Made by a program: the position numbers and the translations under genes
Assembly (NCBI GenBank): GCA_020345765.1
Contig: CP070770.1
Location: 1,130,972-1,194,971, forward strand
Source: Deltaproteobacteria bacterium
GTDB lineage: Bacteria > Desulfobacterota > G020345765
DNA length: 64,000 nt
Direction of reading: 5' to 3'
Part shown: positions 36,756 through 45,927 of the stretch, in pieces
How positions within the stretch are numbered: position 1 is the first letter of the stretch
Layout: every line of letters begins with the position of its first letter
Notes under the pieces: model-generated
What the model saw: the letters and a program-made list of their open reading frames with translations, nothing else
What the model was told of the DNA's origin: nothing
Database searches by the model: none

Positions 36756-37586
36756 CTAATCCCCCTCGTATTTAAGCGGTAGTTCGGCAAACCGTTCCCC
36801 TTCCTCTTTTTTACCCCTGCGGTAGCAGCCCCGGGCAAGTATCTCGCACTTTTTCCTTAATACCCTTAATGTCTGCTCTTTTTGTTCCGCAGTCAGCTTG
36901 CCGTCATCCAGCAACTTCTCCAGGGCCCTCACCCGGAAGCGGTCCCTCCCCCAATATTTTTCGGAAAGCTGGTCAGGATGTCCCCCCCGCTTTATAATCA
37001 GCGGTTTATCGATCAGGCATACCGGTGTGGTGGAAGCGATTCGGAGCCAGAGGTCATAGTCCTCACAGACCGGCAGCTCTTCGTCGAAATCCCCGACCTC
37101 CCGGAGAAGCTCTTTCCGGATCATGACCGAAGAAGGGCTGATCGTGCAAAGCTCCAGTGCCCGCGCGAAGACCCAGCCCGAGTCCTTGCGGTGCTTCTTG
37201 CCGGGATTCACCCTGACTCCCCGGCGGATCCAGATCTCGTTGGTATAGCAGATCCGGGTTTCCGGATTGCTCTCCATGAAATCAACCTGACAGCGAAGCT
37301 TCTCTTTATCCCAGAGGTCATCCGAGTCCAGAAAGGTTATCAGCTCTGCCCGGGACAGTCTGATCCCCCGGTTCCGGGCCGCCGAGGCCCCCTTATTCTT
37401 CTGATAGAAGTAACGGAGCCGATCCGGGTATCGCCGGGCAATCCCGGCGGTATCATCCTCGGAACCGTCATCGACCACGATCAGCTCAAAATCCCGGTAG
37501 CTCTGGTTAAGAACCGATTCCACCGCCTCAATTAAGAAATGATACCGGTTATATGTCGGGATGATAACACTGACCCTGGGGACCAT
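36756..37586 (-). CDS. glycosyltransferase family 2
   Basis: 276 aa. 'VSVIIPTYNR...ELIVVDDGSEDDT...FLDSDD' GT-A signatures. Confidence 0.9.
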   Translation of the reverse strand: MVPRVSVIIPTYNRYHFLIEAVESVLNQSYRDFELIVVDDGSEDDTAGIARRYPDRLRYFYQKNKGASAARNRGIRLSRAELITFLDSDDLWDKEKLRCQVDFMESNPETRICYTNEIWIRRGVRVNPGKKHRKDSGWVFARALELCTISPSSVMIRKELLREVGDFDEELPVCEDYDLWLRIASTTPVCLIDKPLIIKRGGHPDQLSEKYWGRDRFRVRALEKLLDDGKLTAEQKEQTLRVLRKKCEILARGCYRRGKKEEGERFAELPLKYEGD

Positions 37587-37660
37587 GACAGGCTCTCCAC
37601 GAAATACAGTGGATAGATAGAATTCATCTACAATATTATCATTGTCATAGGAAGGTGAGC

Positions 37661-37920
37661 TAATGTCAAATACTAAAGCTCAAAGTTCAAACAAAGTCTA
37701 AAGTTCAAATGACAAAATTTATAAATAAATCCTAAGCACTAAATCCTAAATACAAAACATTCCTTTCTACTTCGCTCAAGACAGGGTTTTGAACATTTAA
37801 CATTAGGATTTGGGATTTGTTTGGGATTTAGGATTTGGAATTTAGTATTTCTCAGTTGATATTTGGCATTTAGTCATTTTTCATTCATTTGTAATTTGGA
37901 TTTTGACATTTGGATTTAAT
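37661..37920. repeat. AT-rich long imperfect hairpin element (largest copy)
   Basis: aatgtcaaa...aaagttcaaatga...aaatcctaagcactaaatcctaaat pairs with atttaggatttgg...tttgacatttggattt. The arms are built from ~7-8-nt GGATTTn/nAAATCC units. Confidence 0.72.
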
Positions 37921-38047
37921 TGTTTACCTACAACAATTCGGGATGAGCCTCATAACATTTTAGCCCAATAATTTATGGAATAATAAACTAAGGGGGGTAG
38001 GCAAGCCTTTTGTGAAGAATGCATAAGAAGGAGGCCGGGATAAAATG

Positions 38048-38431
38048 CTATCTTTGTTCCTCAACAAACCTTTCGTATTCTCCGAGGTCTAAAAGAGAAT
38101 CGAGCTCACCTGGCTTAGTCAGCTCAACCTCAATCAGCCAGCCCTCACCGTAAGGGTCATCGTTAACGATCGAAGGGTTAGTTTCCAGTTCCTCGTTGAC
38201 CCCGATAATAGTACCGCTTACCGGTGCGATTATCTCCGAAACGGTTTTGGATGATTCAACCTCCCCAAACGGCTCGTCTTTCTCTATCGTATCTCCTACT
38301 ATCGGGAGATCAATAAATAGAATTTCTCCCAGCTCCGACTGGGCATAATCGCTAATACCTATCTTACCTTTTTTCGCACTTACTTTGACCCAAATATGAT
38401 CTTCGTTGAATTTCAGATCCTCGGACTCCAT
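38048..38431 (-). CDS. gcvH: glycine cleavage system protein H
   Basis: 127 aa. 'FGEVESSKTVSEIIAPVSG' lipoyl-lysine motif. Confidence 0.93.
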   Translation of the reverse strand: MESEDLKFNEDHIWVKVSAKKGKIGISDYAQSELGEILFIDLPIVGDTIEKDEPFGEVESSKTVSEIIAPVSGTIIGVNEELETNPSIVNDDPYGEGWLIEVELTKPGELDSLLDLGEYERFVEEQR

Positions 38432-38526
38432 GATCCTCCCCTTAAATTTTAATAATAATCCAAATCTAACCGGATCTGACCTTGTTTATCGCAACAGAAA
38501 AGTTTTAAACTATGAAAAAATACTTG

Positions 38527-39786
38527 TCAAGACTTTTTTAAATACATTCGGACCCAGTCCAGGGCAATCTGTGAACTTAAGGCCTTGACCTGCTCGCGAT
38601 TCCCGCCGAAACAATAACCATCCACCTTCGTCCGTTCTTCATCGGCCAGGGCAATAAATACGGTCCCTACCGGCTTTTCCGGGCTGCCTCCGGAAGGTCC
38701 GGCGATCCCGGTTACCGCCAGACCAACAGTAGTTTTGTGTAATCTCCGAACCCCCACCGCCATCTCCACCGCCGCCTGCCGGCTCACTGCTCCGTATTCC
38801 CGCAGGGTATCGGGAAGGACATCGAGCAGATCGATCTTCGCCTGGTTACTGTAACAGATAACCCCTCCGATAAAGTATTCCGAGCTCCCCGGAACATCCG
38901 TCAGGCGATGCCCGATAAGCCCCCCGGTGCACGATTCCGCTACTGCGATGGTCGCCTGATTTTCCTTGAGCATCCTGCCGACCACCTCTTCCATGGTTTC
39001 CTCATCCCTCCCGTAGATATAGTCCCCCACTCTCCTTTCCAGTTCCTTTTCTACCTGAGAAAGCACCCGGAGCGCCTTTTCTTCACTGGAGTAGCGGGCA
39101 ACGATCCTGATCTGATTGGTCGGAAACTTGGGCAGAAACCCCATACTGACATTCTTCCACTTGCCGGTAGTACCCTTAAGCAGCTCATCCAGCTTCGATT
39201 CCGTAAGCCCGAAGGTATTTAACACCTTTGACTTTATATGTACCTTTCTTTTTATCTCCCTGCTCAAGAGAGGGATAACCTTCTCTTCCATCATTACTTC
39301 CAATTCCCGGGGAACCCCGGGCAGGAAAATAAGCAGGCTCCCTCGTTCCCGGAGAAAGAAACCCCAGGCGGTCCCCTGCGAATTGGGGATCAGTTCCGCC
39401 CGTAGGGGAAAGAATGCCTGCCTCTCGTTGTTAGGGGTCATCTCCAGACCACGCCGGGAAAAACGATCCTTGATCGAATCCAGAACCTCCTCATTCTTTA
39501 CCAGACGCTGACGGAACACCTCGGACGCCACCTCCCGGGTAATGTCATCAACGGTTGGACCCAGACCCCCGCAAATAACCGCAACCTGCGATCGGTTAAG
39601 GGCCTGCCTCAGAGCCCGGGAAATATCTTCTCTATTATCCCCAACCGATGTGTGATACCTGACCTCCAGACCGATAGCCGGAAGTCTCCGGGATATATAA
39701 GCGGAGTTGGTATCCACTACCTTCCCGGAGATCAACTCATCCCCGATGGTGATTATCTCCGCCCATTTTTTTTCAGGAGTAGTCAC
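38527..39786 (-). CDS. cinA: CinA-family protein (MoCF-type domain + nicotinamide-nucleotide amidase PncC domain)
   Basis: 419 aa. 'IITIGDELISGKVVDTNSAYI' N-terminal domain, 'AVAESCTGGLI' C-terminal domain. Confidence 0.92.
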   Translation of the reverse strand: MTTPEKKWAEIITIGDELISGKVVDTNSAYISRRLPAIGLEVRYHTSVGDNREDISRALRQALNRSQVAVICGGLGPTVDDITREVASEVFRQRLVKNEEVLDSIKDRFSRRGLEMTPNNERQAFFPLRAELIPNSQGTAWGFFLRERGSLLIFLPGVPRELEVMMEEKVIPLLSREIKRKVHIKSKVLNTFGLTESKLDELLKGTTGKWKNVSMGFLPKFPTNQIRIVARYSSEEKALRVLSQVEKELERRVGDYIYGRDEETMEEVVGRMLKENQATIAVAESCTGGLIGHRLTDVPGSSEYFIGGVICYSNQAKIDLLDVLPDTLREYGAVSRQAAVEMAVGVRRLHKTTVGLAVTGIAGPSGGSPEKPVGTVFIALADEERTKVDGYCFGGNREQVKALSSQIALDWVRMYLKKS

Positions 39787-40271
39787 TAAAATAATTCGAA
39801 TAAAAGAAGTACCTGAAGAACTATATTGGCATAAATCCCGGCCATCACATCATCCGCTACTACTGCGTACCCTCCCCCGAGCTTCCTCTCGAAAGCACCG
39901 ACAGGATATGGTTTGAGAATATCAAAAAAGCGGAAGCAAATAAATCCCAGGATAACATACTCGACCCGGGGAGGAAGGAAAGACATCGTTACTAAGTAGC
40001 CGACGATCTCGTCAATGACGATCTTCCGGCAGTCCTTCTGTTCAAAGATCCTCTCCGCCTCCGCTGCTAACCAGCTGGTTAAAAAAAATAGAGCGAGCAG
40101 GCTCAGAAGGTAAACGGAGACGGGAAAAATGCGCCGGGGCGGAACCTCCCCCAGTAAGAACCATAAAAATACATATATCCCCACCCCTACCAGGCTTCCT
40201 ACTGTTCCCGGGGCAAAAGGAAAATATCCGGTATAGCCTCCGGTAGCAAGGAATATAATTAATCCTCTCAA
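39786..40271 (-). CDS. pgpA: phosphatidylglycerophosphatase A
   Basis: 161 aa. 'GYFPFAPGTVGSL' and 'DILKPYP' PgpA motifs. Abuts the cinA start. Confidence 0.88.
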   Translation of the reverse strand: MRGLIIFLATGGYTGYFPFAPGTVGSLVGVGIYVFLWFLLGEVPPRRIFPVSVYLLSLLALFFLTSWLAAEAERIFEQKDCRKIVIDEIVGYLVTMSFLPPRVEYVILGFICFRFFDILKPYPVGAFERKLGGGYAVVADDVMAGIYANIVLQVLLLFELF

Positions 40272-40350
40272 AAATTCCTCCGATAGATGACTTAAAGAGA
40301 TTATAATTCCCTCCTTCCCCCTGTCAAGAGAAACTTAACCGAGGAACTTG

Positions 40351-43212
40351 CTATTCTTCGGAGACGGGAAATATTACGATCAGAAGAGGCACGAGGATAA
40401 GGTTCAGGATGGTGACAATCATGATCGCCATACCGTTGATCAGACCGAAATTAACCAGAGCGGTAATCTTTGAAGCTGCCAAAGAAAAAAGGCCTGCGGC
40501 GGTGGTGCAGCTCGCAGTGGTAATTGCCTTCCCGACCTCGGAGACGGTACGGGTGATCTCCTCCGGTTTTAATTTCGACCGGCGGAAGTGATAGATGAGA
40601 TGGATTACCCCATCCACTCCTAGCCCGATAATAAGGCCGCCGGTAAGAACGGTTCCGAAGTCGAGCGGTACCCCGGTAACTCCCATAAAGCCCAGGATAA
40701 GCGTAATTGAAGCCAAAACCGAGATGAGGGCAAAAGCTGCCCCCCGCACGATCTGCAGTCCCAGCCAGATCATGAGGAAGACCAATGCCGAGGCAATACT
40801 CAAGCTCTGGATCTGGCTCCGGTGGAGGAGCCGGTCGAGAATAGCAAAGAAAGTCGGCACCCCCATCTGTTTGATATAGATCGGGGTGCGGGATTCGACC
40901 GCTTCTTCCGGAAGGGAAAGATAGTCAATCTTTTTGGAAAAGAACGAAGGTGTTGGTGAATATAGCTCAGCCAAAACCCCATGCGTTCGTTTCCAGAAGT
41001 GGGGCCCGAGGTTATCCGGGAGGAGATCCGTCATTCCTCCGGCGGTTCGTTCGATCTTCTGCCGATGCACCTCCGCTTCTACCCAGGCTGCCAGGTCGGG
41101 GATAACGGCGTCTTTTTCATCGGCCGGCACACGGGTGATTAAAGCATTAAGCTCCGGGAGGATGTTCTCTGACCAGATATCCTTTCCTTGCTCAAGCTCC
41201 AGTACCCTGATCGCGGCAGACCGGACTTCACTAATTGTCTCCGGATCGTCTAAGAAAAGCTCCTCTTCGGCATAACGCCCGGCGCGGTCGGCGAGCTCTT
41301 CTATGTCCTGGGCAGTTAATGGCACGGAAATAATTTTTTGGAGATACTGCTCGATCTTACCCTCTAGTCCTTCCCCTACCGAGTGATCCGAGTAGTACAT
41401 TGCCAGCCAGGCAATCTCCTCTGCGACCTCACGGATCTTCAACTCCTGGATCTTTTCATCCAGGGATTCGCTAAGCTTTCGGCGGTTCACGGTAGTCAAT
41501 TCTGAGTTTGTTTCTTTTTCCAGGAATAGGTCGACGGCATCAGACACCTTCTCCATGTCCTCGCCTTCTTCCAGACTTGTATAGGCGTTGACAATTCCCT
41601 GCGACCGGTCCGAGGTAACCAGGTTACGAAGCGTCGGGTCACCTTCAAGGAGAAGCCAGAGGGATGCGACCCCTTCTTTAGTATCGGGAATGGAATACGA
41701 ACCGTTCATGATGTAGTTTTCCTCGGCGATGAGATCGGCGATGGAAGAATAGCCGGAGAACTCGGGGATGGACCGGTGATAGTTCTCGACCCGAATCATT
41801 GTTTTGAGCACTGCGGGATTGTCTACTGCCCCTTTTACATAGAGGGTCTGGGCGTAAGATCCCACGAAGTGATCCCGGAAGAGATAAGATGCCTTCCGGG
41901 GAAGGCTTTCCTCGGGGAGCATCTCCAGGTAATTTGAAGTGGTCTTTATTCTTGTGATTCCGAGCCCGGCGGCCGCCAGTGCCGCAACCAGGAACCCGAG
42001 GATGAGAAACCGGTAGCGGATTCCCCATCGCCCCAGACGAGAAACGACGGCGGAGAACCGGTCCGGACGGTCTTTTGGCGCCTGCCATTTTCTTGCCAGA
42101 CGGGAACCGAAGGAATGCATCACTGCCGGAAGAAGCGTAAGGGCAAGGAACATACAGACTCCCAGGCCGATGGCCATCTCGGCCCCAAACCACTTGATTA
42201 TCGGGATATCGGTAGTGGCGAAGGTGAGGAGACCGACGATGGTGGTAAGGGCAGACATAATCACCGGGGGGGCAATCTCCAGGCTGGGTTCGGTCCCCGA
42301 TTCCCGGCTGTGGAAACGCTTGAGGACATGGACGGAGTAGTCTGATCCCATGGCAAATAGCAAGATCGCTACCGATGGGGTCATTACATTCGCCGGCCAG
42401 CCGATGATGGCCTTGATCCCCATCGTCCAGATGATAGCGATTACGGACAGGGAGAGAGGAAGCAATATCCCCCATCCGCTGCGAAAGCTCACGAAAAGGA
42501 CGATAAAAATGAGTCCCAGGGCAATGGGACCGGTCCTGGTAAAATCCTCTTCCATATACTGATCGATGTATACGGTATATACCGGGTCGCCACCGAGGTA
42601 GATATTCTCTTTTTCCCATTCTTTCTCGAGGGTTTCCTTAATGACTTTCGATACCTCCACCTCATCGGCTTCGTCCCGGACATTCACGATGATATTGGCG
42701 TATCGGCCATCCCGGGATACGAAAATGCCGGAATAGTGCTCCCGACTGAGGACATAATCGCGGAACTCCCTCAGCCCTTCCGGGGTGGGCTCAAGGCGGT
42801 CCCCGAGCCGGGCGACCACCACGGTGCCCTCCTCGTCCCGGATATCAATGACATTGGTCAGACTCATCACGCTGTAGATGCCGGGGATCCCTTCCAGAAT
42901 TTCGGTGGCTTTCTGGATTTGGGAGATGCCTCCTTCCGTGAACACATCCTCCAGGTCGAGGGCTACCAGGACTACCGCGGCGGCGGAAAAGGTCTCGTTA
43001 ATCTCCTTATAGAGGATAGTGATCGGATCATTTTCCGGAAGCCAGGTGTCATAGTCGTTATTGACGGTAAGCTGGTTTGCCGCGATCCCAAACCCGACGG
43101 TGATAACCGCTATGGTAATGATAGAGAACCAGGGATACCGGGTGGAAATGGATAAAAGCCGGGATATCCCCGAGATAATAGCGTTTACCGGTTTCTGGAA
43201 CTGTGGGGGCAA
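40351..43212 (-). CDS. MMPL/RND-superfamily transporter
   Basis: 953 aa. Two 6-helix bundles separated by large soluble loops. 'GSDYSVH' and 'GLGVDGVIH' SSD/MMPL-type motifs. Confidence 0.88.
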   Translation of the reverse strand: MPPQFQKPVNAIISGISRLLSISTRYPWFSIITIAVITVGFGIAANQLTVNNDYDTWLPENDPITILYKEINETFSAAAVVLVALDLEDVFTEGGISQIQKATEILEGIPGIYSVMSLTNVIDIRDEEGTVVVARLGDRLEPTPEGLREFRDYVLSREHYSGIFVSRDGRYANIIVNVRDEADEVEVSKVIKETLEKEWEKENIYLGGDPVYTVYIDQYMEEDFTRTGPIALGLIFIVLFVSFRSGWGILLPLSLSVIAIIWTMGIKAIIGWPANVMTPSVAILLFAMGSDYSVHVLKRFHSRESGTEPSLEIAPPVIMSALTTIVGLLTFATTDIPIIKWFGAEMAIGLGVCMFLALTLLPAVMHSFGSRLARKWQAPKDRPDRFSAVVSRLGRWGIRYRFLILGFLVAALAAAGLGITRIKTTSNYLEMLPEESLPRKASYLFRDHFVGSYAQTLYVKGAVDNPAVLKTMIRVENYHRSIPEFSGYSSIADLIAEENYIMNGSYSIPDTKEGVASLWLLLEGDPTLRNLVTSDRSQGIVNAYTSLEEGEDMEKVSDAVDLFLEKETNSELTTVNRRKLSESLDEKIQELKIREVAEEIAWLAMYYSDHSVGEGLEGKIEQYLQKIISVPLTAQDIEELADRAGRYAEEELFLDDPETISEVRSAAIRVLELEQGKDIWSENILPELNALITRVPADEKDAVIPDLAAWVEAEVHRQKIERTAGGMTDLLPDNLGPHFWKRTHGVLAELYSPTPSFFSKKIDYLSLPEEAVESRTPIYIKQMGVPTFFAILDRLLHRSQIQSLSIASALVFLMIWLGLQIVRGAAFALISVLASITLILGFMGVTGVPLDFGTVLTGGLIIGLGVDGVIHLIYHFRRSKLKPEEITRTVSEVGKAITTASCTTAAGLFSLAASKITALVNFGLINGMAIMIVTILNLILVPLLIVIFPVSEE

Positions 43213-43297
43213 GAGGCCGAATCTCCTTTCTTTTAGATCCCGTTAAGGGGTTTATAATAGAAGGGCTGAACTCAGGGAAGTCATTTAAGAGGGATAC

Positions 43298-43909
43298 TTA
43301 GTCCTGAAACATGGTAAATTCGCAATCTAAATCAGGGGTGGGTTTGAATTTTATTTCTATCCGTAAATTAAAACCGCTAACAATTTGAGAAGCTCGCTCT
43401 ATCCAACCGGCAATAAGGAGGCAACACGCTTCGATTACTTCGGGGAAACCTGTAAGTTTGAGCTTAGTTTCTTTGCCTATTTCAATGGTCTCAACTTCGA
43501 TCTTACCTTTATTATACGCCTGAGACCAAATTACAGGAGTAGCTCGGTGAAGCACGGTTCGATCTCCTTTGTAAGCATCTTTGGTATAAAATTTCAGGAG
43601 CCCTTTCTTGGGATCTAAGTCTTTTTCCGCGCCCCAATGGCCTATATCTCGGGCCAGATTCACATCCCCTTTTCCGATTTCCTTAATAACAGCGTTCAAG
43701 AAATTCTTGAATGCCTTGTAAGAATACCATTCGGTCATTGAGATCTTTTTCGCTTCGGAGCAATCAGCAGATTTGCAAAATACTGCCCGGTCTTCATAAT
43801 CAAGGCTTTTCAACAGGTTCCCTCTTCCTTCAGCACCAAGCTTTTCCCCGGTATATTTGAGCAAACCGAGGAAATGAGAACCCAAAACCAGAATTTCTTC
43901 TTCAGACAT
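43298..43909 (-). CDS. hypothetical soluble protein
   Basis: 203 aa. Clean ORF directly upstream of the MMPL gene. No family confidently recognised. Confidence 0.6.
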   Translation of the reverse strand: MSEEEILVLGSHFLGLLKYTGEKLGAEGRGNLLKSLDYEDRAVFCKSADCSEAKKISMTEWYSYKAFKNFLNAVIKEIGKGDVNLARDIGHWGAEKDLDPKKGLLKFYTKDAYKGDRTVLHRATPVIWSQAYNKGKIEVETIEIGKETKLKLTGFPEVIEACCLLIAGWIERASQIVSGFNLRIEIKFKPTPDLDCEFTMFQD

Positions 43910-44017
43910 TTCTTCTAACTATAAGGTAGGCTCAGAAAAACCAACGAAAATTACCTCTTCCTATCATCTTTTCCCTGAGAAGTCAAATACTTTTTCGGAT
44001 TCATGGGACATTTAGAT

Positions 44018-44440
44018 CTAAAGCAACTCATCCGGGGGGATCTTGGCGGAGCGGAGCTTCTTTTTCCGGGACTGGATTCTTTTCCCCTCAAGGATCTTCG
44101 CCTTGGCCCTCTTTGATCGCTTTCGCTTCTGCCGCCGGATTTTCTCGATCCGCTGTTCTTCCTCCTTAAGCTTCCCCAGGATGCTTCGCTCAATCTTGTC
44201 CGCCAGGAGCCGGCGGGCCAGAAAGCGGTTGAGGGCCTGGTACCTTTCCCTCTGGCACTTTACTTCAATCCCGGTGGGGAGGTGTTTCAGGTAGACGCAG
44301 GTAGAGGCCTTATTTACCTTCTGCCCCCCCTTACCGCTGGAACGCACAAATTTCTCGACAATATCCTTCTCCGAGATACCAAGACGTTCCATTCTCTCCC
44401 GGAGGGCCTTCTGCTTCTCCGAACTTACAGTTTCAGCCAA
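44018..44440 (-). CDS. stand-alone GGQ-domain peptidyl-tRNA hydrolase (release-factor-like, ArfB/RF-H class)
   Basis: 140 aa. 'SSGKGGQKVNKAST...HLPTGIEVKCQRERYQ' plus a strongly basic C-terminal tail. Confidence 0.85.
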   Translation of the reverse strand: MAETVSSEKQKALRERMERLGISEKDIVEKFVRSSGKGGQKVNKASTCVYLKHLPTGIEVKCQRERYQALNRFLARRLLADKIERSILGKLKEEEQRIEKIRRQKRKRSKRAKAKILEGKRIQSRKKKLRSAKIPPDELL

Positions 44441-44524
44441 ATCCGATACCCATCTATCTACTATTCACCCGAAGGGAAAATTGTTGCAGCGACCATTTTA
44501 TCTTTAATTCAATCTGCTGTATTA

Positions 44525-45706
44525 TTAGTCGACCACGGCAGCGACGACCATGTCCGACAGTTTCTGAAAACGGATTATATTATCACCGTCCTCGATGAGA
44601 CCGGCCGTTAAGCATACGAAAGTGAGGTCGCGCTCCGGGTCTACCCAAAATATCGTTGAGCCGGTGCCCTGTCCGGAGAACGTTCCCGGAGATGCGTTGA
44701 GTCCCATCGGTGTCGGGAATTCTCCCTCGCCGCGCAGGAAGAAAGTAAGTCCGATATAAGCCGGCCATTCCGGCCAGCCACGCATCTCCCGGGCATAATC
44801 AAAAATATCGTTGGGAAGGGAGCCCGTTTGATTGGTAATGGCAGTCTTCACGATCTCCGGGGATAGAATCCGAACCCCATCAAGCTCTCCCCCCCGCCTT
44901 AACATCTCGGCAAAACGAAATATATCCGAAGCAGTCCCAATCGCTCCTCCCGAGGGAGACTCGGTTTCCTCCGTATAGAGAAGGTTCATCGATTCAATCA
45001 TCGCGGGATCGAAGAGCCCGGGGGTGGCATAACGAGTCACTATGGGAACCCTGCGATCAGCAAGATCCGGGTACAGTGTCAGTGAAGTATCATTCATCCC
45101 CAGCGGCTTGAAGAGATCATCGGCCATTATCTGGCGGAACGGACGCCTGCCCGCATCCAGGCGGCAGACCATCTCCGCCAGAATAGCGTGGGCCGTCAGG
45201 GCATTGTACGAAACCACCTTCCCCGGGAGGCGGAACAGACGATCATTACTGACGGCTTTGACCAGTTCGTGGATATTTACGGCCTGATTTGGCGGCAGTA
45301 AAAACGGTAATTCGGTATTCAGCCCGCTCGTATGGGTCAGGATATGTTGGACGGTTACGTTTTGCTTGCCCTTTACCCCGAATTCCGGGATCACCTCACT
45401 GACCTTTGTCGTGAGTGAAAAATCACCCCGGTCAATGGCTGCGAGAACTATAACGGTAGTCAACTTCTTGGTTATCGACATAAGGTGGAATATATCATCT
45501 TTCTTGGCAACGCGCTTGTTGGCCAGGTCGGTATGACCGATTGCCTCATGCATCGTAATGTTACCGTGGCGTGCCACAATAAATACCGCCCCATCATAGA
45601 GCCCCTGGGCAATATCTTTCTCGATAGTCTCAGCCAGGCGACCAAGGGCTTTTGGGTCAAGTCCCGAGTCCTTATGATCGTGATTTTTACCTTTACTTTT
45701 TCTCAT
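44525..45706 (-). CDS. serine hydrolase, beta-lactamase/transpeptidase-like family
   Basis: 393 aa. 'LMSITKKL' S-x-x-K nucleophile motif in a class-C-like scaffold. Confidence 0.86.
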   Translation of the reverse strand: MRKSKGKNHDHKDSGLDPKALGRLAETIEKDIAQGLYDGAVFIVARHGNITMHEAIGHTDLANKRVAKKDDIFHLMSITKKLTTVIVLAAIDRGDFSLTTKVSEVIPEFGVKGKQNVTVQHILTHTSGLNTELPFLLPPNQAVNIHELVKAVSNDRLFRLPGKVVSYNALTAHAILAEMVCRLDAGRRPFRQIMADDLFKPLGMNDTSLTLYPDLADRRVPIVTRYATPGLFDPAMIESMNLLYTEETESPSGGAIGTASDIFRFAEMLRRGGELDGVRILSPEIVKTAITNQTGSLPNDIFDYAREMRGWPEWPAYIGLTFFLRGEGEFPTPMGLNASPGTFSGQGTGSTIFWVDPERDLTFVCLTAGLIEDGDNIIRFQKLSDMVVAAVVD

Positions 45707-45809
45707 TTTCCTGACTCCTTATTTACTGGTTTTATCGTTTAATAGGGGATATTTTTACTTTTAGCTTCTCCACAATCTGATCCAAGGACTGCCCGTTAAC
45801 GCAGTTGGT

Positions 45810-45903
45810 CCATTTAGTCATTTGAACTTTGGATTTTATTTGGTATTTGGGTTTTGTAATTTGGTATTTATTTAGGATTTAGTGCTTCGTGCTTAGGATT
45901 TGT
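45810..45903. repeat. AT-rich repeat family, T/G-rich arm only
   Basis: catttagtcatttgaactttggattttatttgg...tttaggatttagtgcttcgtgcttaggattt. Shares 'catttagtcattt' and the reverse complement of 'aaatcctaagcac' with the other copies. Confidence 0.6.
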
Positions 45904-45927
45904 CCTATAAATATACTCCTTCGCCAC

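Noticed and set aside
36882-37535. 217-aa + strand ORF
   Set aside because: It is antisense to the GT2 gene, whose DxD and N-terminal GT-A motifs are unambiguous.
38432-38526. Possible glycine riboswitch upstream of gcvH
   Set aside because: The gap is only 95 nt and I see no tandem-aptamer-like conserved structure. gcvH also stands alone here, without gcvT or gcvP.
41678-42619. 313-aa minus-strand ORF inside the MMPL gene
   Set aside because: It is an alternative frame of the 953-aa transporter gene. The translation is Arg/Pro/Gly-rich low complexity typical of an off-frame read.
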